From NCBI RefSeq assembly GCF_001194135.2, contig NC_068997.1:27557495-27621494 (forward strand): a stretch of DNA of 64,000 nucleotides, given 5' to 3'. The notes beneath the pieces were generated by a model. It saw only the letters and a program-made list of their open reading frames with translations, was not told the origin of the DNA and ran no database searches. Positions within the stretch are counted from its first letter, which is position 1; each line of letters starts with the position of its first letter. Made by a program: the position numbers and the translations under genes. Below are positions 1 to 11,399 of the stretch, one piece after another. The DNA comes from Octopus bimaculoides. Lineage: Eukaryota.

Positions 1-287
1 ATGTTTGTATGTATATAATTTAGAGAAAAACCACTATTAAATAATTCAATAATGAACAATGTAAATTCATACCCTTCAGAAAATAAAAATATCATTAAAA
101 CCTTATTCTAAAAATCAATAAAGTACAAAAAAGAAATTATACAAAATGTATAAATAGATGATAATTAAAGCGCCGGTACGGTTTCGATTACCTGTTGTTA
201 CCTGTAGATTTATTGCAGGAACTTCGTAGTGGCGGTTGGAGTAACAGTATTAATAAAATACATGGAATGAATAAAAGATTTTATTGA

Positions 288-329
288 GTACGACACATGT
301 TTCGACCCGTTCTGGGTCTCTTCGGGTAC
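288..329 (-). ncRNA. Minimal type I hammerhead ribozyme-like motif (Penelope-type), U4C core variant
   Basis: Minus strand reads GTAC-CCGAAGA-GACCC-AGAAC-GGGTC-GAAA-C-ATGT-G-TC-GTAC. This gives stem I GTAC/GTAC, core C(C)GAAGA, a perfect 5-bp stem II, GAAA, a minimal stem III with palindromic ACATGT, and a GUC cleavage triplet. Confidence 0.55.
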
Positions 330-469
330 ATTAATAAAAAGTCTCTCTAGTTTATATTTTAGAGAAAAATGTTCTCTATATTTAGAAACACTTCTAAATG
401 CTCGAGAGATTAAAATTTGAGCCGTGAAATAAGTAAAGCAACGACAAGCAAACTAGATACATCTAGTTC

Positions 470-943
470 CATATAAAGATACATTTAGTCGAAAAGAAAA
501 ATGTAAATGTCTGTGGATATTAAGAATACATAATTTAACTTACAGAAAAACGATATTACAAATAAGATAGGTAACGGTAAAAGTCCTACGGCCGTTTCAG
601 GCAGCTTGGTGATCCTGATATATGACAGATATTAGGGTCCATTATTGGATAACTTCACCTTCTTCTATACATTCATTCAGTTTTCAACCTCCATCATGCC
701 TACATTTCAGATATAAAATTTTAATATAAATTTTTTTCCTTAAAGGAGACGAGGTTATCCAGTAATGGACCCTAATATCTGTCATATATCAGGAGCACCA
801 AGCCCCCTGAAACGGCCGTAAGACTTTTAAAACTTTACCTCTCTTATTTGTGATATCGTTTTTTTCTATAAGTTAAACCATATCTTCTTAATATCCATAC
901 ACATATTTACACTTTTCTTTTCGATTAAATGTGTCTTGATATG
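470..943. repeat. Imperfect long inverted repeat, arms ~470-656 and ~751-943, spacer ~94 bp
   Basis: The reverse complement of the left arm aligns along its whole length with the right arm (e.g. ggaccctaatatctgtcatatatcagga, cctgaaacggccgta, cttttcga(c/t)taaatgt). Confidence 0.9.
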
Positions 944-1083
944 TTAATAGACGTAGCCAGTTTGCTACGTCCAGATTGGTTCCTTCAGATTGTGCGTTTC
1001 ATGATAAATTTCTTTTAACTCCCATCCGATGTTACAGTTTTTTCCTGGCTACCCAAAGTGTAAAGTGCGATTTTGTATATATA

Positions 1084-1134
1084 TATTGGGTTGTCTGGAA
1101 AGTTCGTGCCGATTTTCAAAGGAAAGAAAAAGGT

Positions 1135-1167
<33 letters not shown>

Positions 1168-1330
1168 GATAATGATGAGATTAATAAATAGCGGGTATGT
1201 ACAGGCGTGCAGCAGAAATGCAACTGTCGCAACCACATGAATGATTTTATTGCGAAACATTGATTCAAGTATGGTGGACATTGGATGTTGAGATGTTCAT
1301 CTACCATCTATACATAATTGCAGGTAATGG
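1084..1330. mobile_element. Mariner-like terminal inverted repeat remnant
   Basis: TATTGGGTTGTCTGGAAAGTTCGTGCCGATTTT resembles mariner TIRs starting at a TA. It is interrupted by (CA)n/(TA)n. Confidence 0.35.
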
Positions 1331-1759
1331 GCTGGGAGAAGTGATAGAAATTAAGTTAGTATAGATCCAACAGGAAATCGAACCCAATTTGCAAACTTAA
1401 TTGTAATACCACAGCGCGCAGTAGGACGAAAACATTAATTAAGTACGATCTAATTAGAAGAAACAATTTGTCGTTGGCACCTCAGTTGGCAGATTACTTT
1501 CTTGAAATAATTCTTCTGTATTCCGGTTTTTCTTTTCTCTTCCCTCCGCCATACATACTTCTTACTCTCCACAAACATACACACGCTCACACTCCTTACT
1601 CTCCACATACACTCCACATATCTTACTCTTCACTACGCACACACACCTTATAGTCCACATGCACGTACATACACAGCTTACTCTCCACCGCATACACACC
1701 AACATTCACATCCACATCGTTGACTACATCCCTTCTGTTACTCACTACTACTACTACTA

Positions 1760-1803
<44 letters not shown>

Positions 1804-2782
1804 NNNNNNNNNNNNNNNNNNNNNNNNNNNNNNNNNNNNNNNNNNNNNNNNNNNNNNNNNNNNNNNNNNNNNNNNNNNNNNNNNNNNNNNNNNNNNNNNN
1901 NNNNNNNNNNNNNNNNNNNNNNNNNNNNNNNNNNNNNNNNNNNNNNNNNNNNNNNNNNNNNNNNNNNNNNNNNNNNNNNNNNNNNNNNNNNNNNNNNNNN
2001 NNNNNNNNNNNNNNNNNNNNNNNNNNNNNNNNNNNNNNNNNNNNNNNNNNNNNNNNNNNNNNNNNNNNNNNNNNNNNNNNNNNNNNNNNNNNNNNNNNNN
2101 NNNNNNNNNNNNNNNNNNNNNNNNNNNNNNNNNNNNNNNNNNNNNNNNNNNNNNNNNNNNNNNNNNNNNNNNNNNNNNNNNNNNNNNNNNNNNNNNNNNN
2201 NNNNNNNNNNNNNNNNNNNNNNNNNNNNNNNNNNNNNNNNNNNNNNNNNNNNNNNNNNNNNNNNNNNNNNNNNNNNNNNNNNNNNNNNNNNNNNNNNNNN
2301 NNNNNNNNNNNNNNNNNNNNNNNNNNNNNNNNNNNNNNNNNNNNNNNNNNNNNNNNNNNNNNNNNNNNNNNNNNNNNNNNNNNNNNNNNNNNNNNNNNNN
2401 NNNNNNNNNNNNNNNNNNNNNNNNNNNNNNNNNNNNNNNNNNNNNNNNNNNNNNNNNNNNNNNNNNNNNNNNNNNNNNNNNNNNNNNNNNNNNNNNNNNN
2501 NNNNNNNNNNNNNNNNNNNNNNNNNNNNNNNNNNNNNNNNNNNNNNNNNNNNNNNNNNNNNNNNNNNNNNNNNNNNNNNNNNNNNNNNNNNNNNNNNNNN
2601 NNNNNNNNNNNNNNNNNNNNNNNNNNNNNNNNNNNNNNNNNNNNNNNNNNNNNNNNNNNNNNNNNNNNNNNNNNNNNNNNNNNNNNNNNNNNNNNNNNNN
2701 NNNNNNNNNNNNNNNNNNNNNNNNNNNNNNNNNNNNNNNNNNNNNNNNNNNNNNNNNNNNNNNNNNNNNNNNNNNNNNNNNN
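1804..2782. other. Assembly gap flanked by (CT)n and (CA)n; possible location of missing chitinase exon(s)
   Basis: Run of N. No LMTYD-type chitinase exon is visible in the called sequence left of 3747. Confidence 0.8.
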
Positions 2783-2825
<43 letters not shown>

Positions 2826-2827
<2 letters not shown>

Positions 2828-2900
2828 CCACAAACACGACGAGCTTCAGACTTCTTTCAATTTCCGTCTACCAAATCCACTCAAGGCTTTGGTCGATTAG
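2826..2900 (-). mobile_element. SINE fragment (family B)
   Basis: Reverse complement of the gtggatttggtagacggaaactgaaagaagcccgtcg motif also present at ~20470-20510. Confidence 0.7.
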
Positions 2901-2929
2901 TATTTAACATCTATGACTACAAGTCCCTC

Positions 2930-3230
2930 ACGATGCCAATAAAGGAACGTTTCTTTTCCGATCTGATGAAAAAGCAGGGGCGTCTCTTTATGACCCGAAA
3001 AGGACGGCTCGGTCCATGGACTAGCATCACACGAATTCTCCTAGGACTAAGAAGTTCAGGAGCCAGCGAACGGCACAGAAGGTTAAATGTAACACGTGTA
3101 TTCAATAGAATTATCTTTATCCCATCCGTTGCATGGATATTTCCTATTTTTAAGAGAACGAGCCTCTATGGAGAGGTTCCTTCATTTCATCAAGTAATTC
3201 ACCTTAACTGTGTTGCCTACAGTAGTTAAT
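2930..3230 (+). mobile_element. Decayed mariner transposase fragment
   Basis: Translation DEKAGASLYDPKRTARSMD*HHTNSPRTKKFRSQRTAQKV resembles the mariner YDPETKxQSxxWxHxxSPRPKKFKxQxSAGKV segment. Stops and frameshifts are present. Confidence 0.5.
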
Positions 3231-3746
3231 GTTGAATGGCAGCATTTTCGTTAGTGTGTTCAACACGATTTAATTATCGCCATATTTAATGCTATTTTCT
3301 ACTACAAGATTCTCACTGAACCATTTAACCAAGACTTTAACATATTTAACCGAAACTCAATGTAGATTAATCCGAGATGAATTTCTCATAGAAATCATTA
3401 ATAATTCAATCAATATATACATTGTTAATTCTTTTATTGTAAATGATATAATGGCCAGGATTTTCTTCGTCTCCTTATCATCATCATCATCATCGTCATC
3501 ATCATCATCATCATCATCGTTATGATTNNNNNNNNNNNNNNNNNNNNNNNNNNNNNNNNNNNNNNNNNNNNNNNNNNNNNNNNNNNNNNNNNNNNNNNNN
3601 NNNNNNNNNNNNNNNNNNNNNNNNNNNATAGATAGATAGATAGATAGACAGACAAACATACATTTAAATCAATAGAAAACGATTGCGATAAAGTAGCCGG
3701 TTTAATAGGTGACATAATCAGTTAAGTATTGAATAAAACAACTTAC

Positions 3747-3871
3747 TTTGAAATAATAGGTACGTCATAGGATAAATCAATTTTTTCAGGAGAATTGCCG
3801 ACAGCAGCAGATATGACCAGACGACGTTTCCCGCTTTTCACTGCCTCCTTACTGAATGAATATCGAAGCTC
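3747..3871 (-). CDS. GH18 chitinase, coding exon 4 (ELRYSFSKEAVKSGKRRLVISAAVGNSPEKIDLSYDVPIIS)
   Basis: TTGAAG acceptor and GTAAGT donor. The phase 0 start matches the end of the previous exon. The sequence matches the GH18 LxxxAAV...YDVPxIS segment and ends in phase 2. Confidence 0.92.
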
Positions 3872-3947
3872 CTTCAATGGAAACATACTGCAAACGCTAT
3901 AATACCATATACACATACATACACTGGTACATACATACATACATACA

Positions 3948-3978
<31 letters not shown>

Positions 3979-4062
3979 TTATGTATGCGTATATGCTCAC
4001 TCATATATGCATATATACAAGTACACAATTGTATTGATATATATGTGTGAGAGGTGTTTTAA

Positions 4063-4125
<63 letters not shown>

Positions 4126-4317
4126 GTATGTAGACACAGAGAGAGGTACACACACACACACACACACACATATATATGCGTGTGTGTGTCTGTGCATGTT
4201 TGTGATTGTGTGTGTGAATGTATGGATATATTTATATATGTTTATATGTACATGTGTATGTATATATATATATATATGTCTGTGTGTATATGTGTGTATG
4301 CATATGTGAATGTAAAC

Positions 4318-4373
<56 letters not shown>

Positions 4374-5239
4374 CAAATATTTAGAATAGAAAAACATTAT
4401 GGTACGCATGGATTAATTGGAGAACTGATAAAATACAAAATGAGAAATCATTACGTATGTATATGCTTGTATATAATGCGTCGTAAGTATGTCTGTGTAT
4501 GCGTAATGTATGTGTGTCTGTGCGTGCTTACATAATGTAAATGGATGTGCGTGTGTGCGTGTCTGTGTCTCTGAGTGTATATATATGTATGTATATGATT
4601 GTCTGTGTGTGTATGGATNNNNNNNNNNNNNNNNNNNNNNNNNNNNNNNNNNNNNNNNNNNNNNNNNNNNNNNNNNNNNNNNNNNNNNNNNNNNNNNNNN
4701 NNNNNNNNNNNNNNNNNNNNNNNNNNNNNNNNNNNNNNNNNNNNNNNNNNNNNNNNNNNNNNNNNNNNNNNNNNNNNNNNNNNNNNNNNNNNNNNNNNNN
4801 NNNNNNNNNNNNNNNNNNNNNNNNNNNNNNNNNNNNNNNNNNNNNNNNNNNNNNNNNNNNNNNNNNNNNNNNNNNNNNNNNNNNNNNNNNNNNNNNNNNN
4901 NNNNNNNNNNNNNNNNNNNNNNNNNNNNNNNNNNNNNNNNNNNNNNNNNNNNNNNNNNNNNNNNNNNNNNNNNNNNNNNNNNNNNNNNNNNNNNNNNNNN
5001 NNNNNNNNNNNNNNNNNNNNNNNNNNNNNNNNNNNNNNNNNNNNNNNNNNNNNNNNNNNNNNNNNNNNNNNNNNNNNNNNNNNNNNNNNNNNNNNNNNNN
5101 NNNNNNNNNNNNNNNNNNNNNNNNNNNNNNNNNNNNNNNNNNNNNNNNNNNNNNNNNNNNNNNNNNNNNNNNNNNNNNNNNNNNNNNNNNNNNNNNNNNN
5201 NNNNNNNNNNNNNNNNNNNNNNNNNNNNNNNNNNNNNNN

Positions 5240-5293
<54 letters not shown>

Positions 5294-6029
5294 TATATAT
5301 ATAATACCACTGAGAGCAAACAGCGAATATCGATCATGTAGAATCGATAGAAATTGCTATTGCGATCCGGTCGATACACTGAGATATGGGAACGAACATA
5401 CATTTCCAGACACCCGGATCCATATCGTTTTGCAGCTCATCTAAGTACAGTTGCTCTTTCTATCCAGCTTTTTCTATCAACCACACTACGCTCTGTTCTC
5501 TCTTTTGAGTGAATCCCACGTCTTAGTCTTTTGGCAGACTTTATACTTTCTACCTTATTTGCATCCTCTCACCTGTTGTTAGATATCCCCCCCCCCTTGT
5601 TCACCTGACAACTTAGACCTTTGACCCTCTTAATACAACACCCATTCAGTTTGCTCTGTGTTTCACTCTCATTGAAATTTTTAATCATTTATTTCCGCAC
5701 AACTGTTAAGAAAACACTAATCTCTCTCTTTCTCACTCATTTTCCCTCTCAGATGAAGTTCCCCTATCCTAAACATTCAAATGCTTTATATCTCAAGAAA
5801 GTAATTTAACACTTCAAACTTGGTACTTACATGAACGTGAATAAACCCACAATGTTCATATAGCTGTGGCGAGGACAAACACACACACACACACAAGTAT
5901 TATATGTGATATATATATGCGTTCGAGACATACACACTTCACGTCTGGCTGTACAGCCTTTTTGTTTGTTTATTTCACCGTTTCGTTTTCCTGTCTTGTT
6001 TTCCGTCCGCCACTACCCTCCACGAAAAC

Positions 6030-6280
6030 AATTTAATTTGTGTTCGTGGGAAGAACCATTTTAACGATGCGTACTGCCTTAATTCTTCGAAACGCCGGAG
6101 TTTTAATGGTGGCAGCTGATGAAGGGGATGTTTCTATGTGGCCTGCTTGTTTGTTGGACCTTGTTTACCATTTTTGTCCTTGCTCTTTTGCCACGTCATG
6201 TACCCAGTTATGTATCTATATGTACATGTGGATGAACGTACATACATACATGTACATATATATGCATATACTCGTATATT

Positions 6281-6290
<10 letters not shown>
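6030..6290 (+). repeat. Interspersed repeat copy, inverted relative to the copy at 9081-9325
   Basis: Shares tttaacgatgcgt, cttcgaaacgccgg, gctgatgaag, tgtacccag and tatatgcatatactc with the reverse complement of 9081-9325. Confidence 0.8.
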
Positions 6291-6327
<37 letters not shown>

Positions 6328-6374
6328 ATGTACCGTCACGCAGTTTTCGTTAGCCAAAATCCTGCAGAAAGTAT

Positions 6375-6480
6375 TGGTTGGTCTGGGGTTCTTATAGGAA
6401 GCACTTGCCCTAGATGCTGCGCTGTAAGACTGAACCTGAAACTACGTGGTTGCGAAGCGGTCTCCTTAACTATGTAACTA
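6375..6480 (-). mobile_element. tRNA-derived SINE head remnant (family B)
   Basis: The minus strand has a tRNA-like head (gttaaggagaccgcttcgcaaccacgtagtttcaggttcag) followed by gggcaagtgcttcctat. Confidence 0.55.
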
Positions 6481-6539
6481 TGTCATATAAATGCAGTTAT
6501 ACAGTGAAGTATAAATGAATGAGAGAAAAGAAAACTTAC

Positions 6540-6796
6540 CTTTACTAATTTGGAGAATCTATGTTTGTCTTCGGGAGGGCTACCTCGGGTAGCCGGGTAT
6601 TCCCAGTCGAGATCAAGACCATCAAAATTGTGTTTTCGAAGGAAACCGGCAGCATGGTTTATGAAGTTCTGTCTGGTTGCTTGAGTCTTCACCATCGCTG
6701 TAAACGGGGACGAGCCCATAGACCAGCCACCTATGGCTAGCAATGTCTTCAGTTCGGGGTTTTTATTCTTCAGTTTATTGAACTGTTTGTATAGAC
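6540..6796 (-). CDS. GH18 chitinase, catalytic coding exon 3
   Basis: Encodes [28 protein letters not shown]...[29 protein letters not shown], with the SxGG-type and DxxDxDxE motifs. It has a polypyrimidine CCAG acceptor and a GTAAGT donor, and runs phase 1 to phase 0. Confidence 0.97.
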
Positions 6797-7294
6797 CTGG
6801 TAAAGAGAGGAGAAAAAAAAACGAGGTAAAGCTTGTTAATATGATGTGTGTAATTTAGATTATTTATGTAAAATTTTACACGGTGAAGCAATGTCTAAGA
6901 TTATGACTAGATTTCCGTTTCAAAACTAACTGGGCGAATGGTTTCAGTGGTGGTAGATTTGTTTCAAAATTATCAGATTGGTTTCATAATTAGTAGGATC
7001 TTGGCATATAGTTACTGTCTGTCCTAATTAGATGTCCTCCTCCACCTTCTCTGCAAATACATTCACTTGGAATCATTTTCATTGTAAATATCATTAAGAA
7101 TAGGAAGTCTCCTTGAAACACGCATTTCTAATACAGACACAACATCATAGGTTCACACAAGAATAACGAAGAGTAGTTGATTATATCATCCCTAGTGGGA
7201 TTCGAACTCAAAACATAAAAAGATACAAAGAATTTAATCAGATGCTCTTGTGATTTTGTCGTCGAACATTCCATTTAAAATAGTAATTTCTTAT

Positions 7295-8389
7295 ATTGAT
7301 CAAAGCCTGGTACGTAATCTATCGGTTTCAACAGAAAAACACGTTTTTTGAACCACATTTCTCTGCCGAAAATAAGTTATACGAAGACCGACCGTGCTCT
7401 AGCAGATACTTCTTCTTCGGTCCTGATGCCAACGTTTCTGCTTTATCTTTTGTGAGGGATAGGTCTCTGCCAAGGTTATTCAATTCAGCTTGGGAAAATT
7501 TCTGAGGTTCAAAGCTATCGTTATCAGCCACGTAATCTTCCTCAGCAGCACTATCGTGACAGTCAGCATCATCATCTGATGTTTCAATACCATCATCTGG
7601 TGGAACTGGAATTGGCAGACTTCCATTGTGAGGCACACGTCTCATTGCAGAATCCAAATCGTGATACACAATTTTGTGTTCATTTTTCATATCCTGTAGT
7701 CATTAAAATAGTGGTTCGGTTCCCTCCATATCATTGAAATGGCAAAGGGCATGGACTTCTTATTATTGAACCAATCACGTAAGCCATTTGAGCAAGCTGA
7801 GCAGATAAAATGTGGTGACCATAACTTTTTCTGATCTCCAAGAGGACAGTCAGAGTATAGCCTATAAATTTTCTTGATCTCTGATGTTATTATACGTTTT
7901 TGAGTTTTTACAATAAATTGTCCATAGACATAACAAAACACATCAAGACAATTTATACACTGTCTTAGCATTGTTGACACTGTAAAACAAGTAAGGAAAT
8001 AGATACGAACGGTTATACTTATATTGAATTTGAGATGAAATATTTCATCAGACCAATTTTGACTGGACAATTTGAGATGTTGAAATACCTATTTCATCAG
8101 ACAAAACTTTAGTGGCTAATTTGATATGATGAAATATTGCATCTGAACTATGCAGTAATGGATAATGTAGTTTATTTTAAAGGTATGTTTCCATGATATA
8201 AATGAAATACAGGTATCCACGTCATTGATTGGAATTTCTGTATGATGCATGAACTAAAACCAGAAAACTTTCTCATCTAGAAAATTGTACGTGATATCAA
8301 AAAACTAATTGTATATTTGATATCAGCATTAAAATCTACACTAAGTACACCTTGACATATGCTTGATGAAAAATACTTGTTGACCAGTG
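7295..8389 (-). mobile_element. Truncated, decayed DNA transposon, Chapaev(3)-like transposase
   Basis: Frameshifted ORFs contain CINCLDVFCYVYG...LGDQKKLWSPHFICSACSNGLRDW...MIWREPNH and SAMRRVPHNGSLPIPVPP...FSQAELNNLGRDLSLTKDKAETLAS. The terminus CACTGGTCAACAA is at 8389. The family assignment is from memory of Chapaev3 transposases. Confidence 0.65.
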
Positions 8390-8445
8390 CAATCTATAAT
8401 ATAAACTCAAACATAAACAGTTATTAATTAACTATAGTCACTTAC

Positions 8446-8625
8446 TTGTATACGCAATGTCATTCCAACCAGTCGGTGCAAGATGGCCGCTGTGATCAAA
8501 TTTTGCAAAAGCAAACACAAGGTGGGTACAAAGGAAAGGATCAATGTCTTTCGGCAACAGCTTCGCAGGGGAGGCACGATACTGAGACCAGTTGGTATAA
8601 TAGCACACTCTCTTGTAGGATTTAG
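8446..8625 (-). CDS. GH18 chitinase, coding exon 2
   Basis: Encodes KSYKRVCYYTNWSQYRASPAKLLPKDIDPFLCTHLVFAFAKFDHSGHLAPTGWNDIAYT. TAG acceptor, GTAAGT donor, phase 1-1, 180 bp. Confidence 0.97.
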
Positions 8626-8670
8626 CTAGGTACGAAAAACAGAAAAATATATGTTATAATATAAATATAC

Positions 8671-8804
8671 ATTCTTTTCTACTCTAGGTACAAGGCACGA
8701 AATTTTGGGGAGAGGGGGCCGGTCGATTGGATCGAATCCAGTACACAACTGGTACTTAATTTATCAACCCCTAAAGGATGAAAGGCAAAGTCAACCTCGG
8801 CGGA
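8671..8804 (-). mobile_element. SINE family A, partial copy
   Basis: Contains aaggatgaaaggcaaagtcaacctcggcgga, the signature shared with many copies in this window. Confidence 0.8.
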
Positions 8805-9040
8805 TATAATATAAAGAAATTTTGTCCGGACACTTAAGATTAAGTACTCAAAAATAAGTCAAAGATAAGAGCCATAAGCGAAACAATATATATTTTGTCA
8901 GACCAACGACTATGGATTAACCGTTTTATATAAAAATATAAAGTATACAAACACATTTACATGGGTTGGACAAAATAATAGAAACATCTTGCTAAATGGA
9001 AGTTTTATTACATAATACGGAGTTTATCTGGCATTGTTAC

Positions 9041-9080
<40 letters not shown>

Positions 9081-9086
<6 letters not shown>

Positions 9087-9325
9087 AAATAGTAAATGAG
9101 TATATGCATATATACGTACAGGTATGTGCATACCGACATCCACCTGTATGTATAGGTGCATATCTGGGTACAGGACATCGCAAACAAAACGTAGACGAGA
9201 AAACACACAAGCCACATAGAGAACATTTTACTTCATCAGCTAACCCCGTTTTAACACCGGCGTTTCGAAGAGCTGGGCAGGACGCATCGTTAAAACGGCT
9301 CTTCCCATGGACCGCAAATTAAATT
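9081..9325 (-). repeat. Interspersed repeat copy, inverted partner of 6030-6290
   Basis: Its reverse complement aligns with 6030-6290 over ~250 bp. Both copies end in (TA)n. Confidence 0.8.
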
Positions 9326-9582
9326 TGTATACACAAATTAAATCTTGCCATGGAGGAATGTAGTGGCGGACAAAAAACAAGACTGGAAAACAAACAGAAA
9401 AGGCTTTACGGCCAGACGAGAAAAATTATATATATATATTGAGTGGGAGAGAAAGAAAGAGGGAGAGAATGTAAGGGAGAGAATGAGAGAGAGTAAGGGA
9501 GAGAAAGAGAAAGAGAAAGAGGGAGAAATAGAGAATGAAAGAGAGAGAGAGAAAGAGGAGACATACAAAACTATATCGTTAC

Positions 9583-9664
9583 CTTTAGAAGATTCCAATT
9601 TCACTTGAGTCAGGTTGAGATATATTAACATAATCATTATTAACGATTTAATAACACCAGACAT
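9583..9664 (-). CDS. GH18 chitinase, coding exon 1 (signal peptide MSGVIKSLIMIMLIYLNLTQVKLESSK)
   Basis: ATG at 9664, hydrophobic leader, and an AAG/GTAAC donor in phase 1 that joins exon 2 in frame (..SSK-A-KSYKRVCYY). A TTTCAG acceptor at 9688 implies an upstream, probably 5'UTR, exon. Confidence 0.85.
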
Positions 9665-9987
9665 TCTATTGAGTGTCGGAGCAGGACCTGAAATTATATT
9701 AAACCAAATTGATGTACTCTATGTTGCTGCTGCGATAAATGATTGCCTCAAGGGCGATGGCTGTGGCTACCTTACATGTATAGGTTACGAAAAGCTATTG
9801 GGGTTTACTCAGAAGTCGAAAGACGTGATTTCGTGTTACGTACCACTGCTCGGCGCCCTCCACAAGTGTTTTTTACGATAGTCCTGGGTCGAACAATTCC
9901 TTCTGAGTGAAATAGGTAGCGGAAATTTGTGGAAGTCTCTTGTATATTTGCGTATGCGCATGCGAATGTGCACGCACACACACGTGT

Positions 9988-10025
<38 letters not shown>

Positions 10026-11399
10026 NNNNNNNNNNNNNNNNNNNNNNNNNNNNNNNNNNNNNNNNNNNNNNNNNNNNNNNNNNNNNNNNNNNNNNNNNNN
10101 NNNNNNNNNNNNNNNNNNNNNNNNNNNNNNNNNNNNNNNNNNNNNNNNNNNNNNNNNNNNNNNNNNNNNNNNNNNNNNNNNNNNNNNNNNNNNNNNNNNN
10201 NNNNNNNNNNNNNNNNNNNNNNNNNNNNNNNNNNNNNNNNNNNNNNNNNNNNNNNNNNNNNNNNNNNNNNNNNNNNNNNNNNNNNNNNNNNNNNNNNNNN
10301 NNNNNNNNNNNNNNNNNNNNNNNNNNNNNNNNNNNNNNNNNNNNNNNNNNNNNNNNNNNNNNNNNNNNNNNNNNNNNNNNNNNNNNNNNNNNNNNNNNNN
10401 NNNNNNNNNNNNNNNNNNNNNNNNNNNNNNNNNNNNNNNNNNNNNNNNNNNNNNNNNNNNNNNNNNNNNNNNNNNNNNNNNNNNNNNNNNNNNNNNNNNN
10501 NNNNNNNNNNNNNNNNNNNNNNNNNNNNNNNNNNNNNNNNNNNNNNNNNNNNNNNNNNNNNNNNNNNNNNNNNNNNNNNNNNNNNNNNNNNNNNNNNNNN
10601 NNNNNNNNNNNNNNNNNNNNNNNNNNNNNNNNNNNNNNNNNNNNNNNNNNNNNNNNNNNNNNNNNNNNNNNNNNNNNNNNNATGTGTGTGCGTGTGTGTG
10701 TGTGTGCGTGTATGCGTGTTTGTGTTTGATTATTATAATATTATACTTTTATTCATTCAGTAAAAACTTATCTATCTGGTCATAGCTTATCTGCCCATTA
10801 AATGCATATCTGTCCGGTACCGGTCATTTCTCTAAACCATTTATCGTACAGGGTTATTAAACAACTACATCAACATCAAGGAGACTGTTTTTAACATTGG
10901 TACACAATTATAAGTGTCCCCAGGTGGGACGGAGGTGACGTTAGAGCTTGAACATTCAGACTATAGCTTTTCGTGTTAATGAGGAAACCTCTATGCGGCC
11001 TATCAATCTGCTAGAAGTAGCAACCGTATCTCCCTCAAATCACACATTCTACTGTCTTGAAAAGAGACACATCAAATAATGTAATACTTGGTTTTCTGCA
11101 CATAGAAAAAAGAATGGATGGCTATAACTGGAATAGCTTTTGATCAAAGGTGTGCTCGAGGAGCTCTGCTCCACCAGGTCTGCTCGAGCAGGGATAAACA
11201 AGATAAACAACAACAACGTCTTCAGATTCTGGTTTTAGTATCAACCGCAAAATTTGTAAAACATGAAAAACTGAGTTTCCTGTTGGATCACCTTCAATAC
11301 ATAACTGGTATTTGGTCAAGACTGAGACCTTTAATGGGTCGCTCAACCTGCTAGTATCTCCTCATAGGTGTTTAGATCAGACATCAGCTTTCAAGTTCA

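Noticed and set aside
171-236. Second hammerhead-like motif on the minus strand (CGCCA-CTACGAAG...GAAACCGTACC-GGCG)
   Set aside because: The core is not CUGANGA and stem II is poorly defined. At most a dead relic.
6095-6130. GAAAC...CTGATGA in the interspersed repeat (also 9230-9270) as a type II hammerhead
   Set aside because: Stems I and II cannot pair next to the core (10.1/11.1 mismatch) and there is no valid NUH site.
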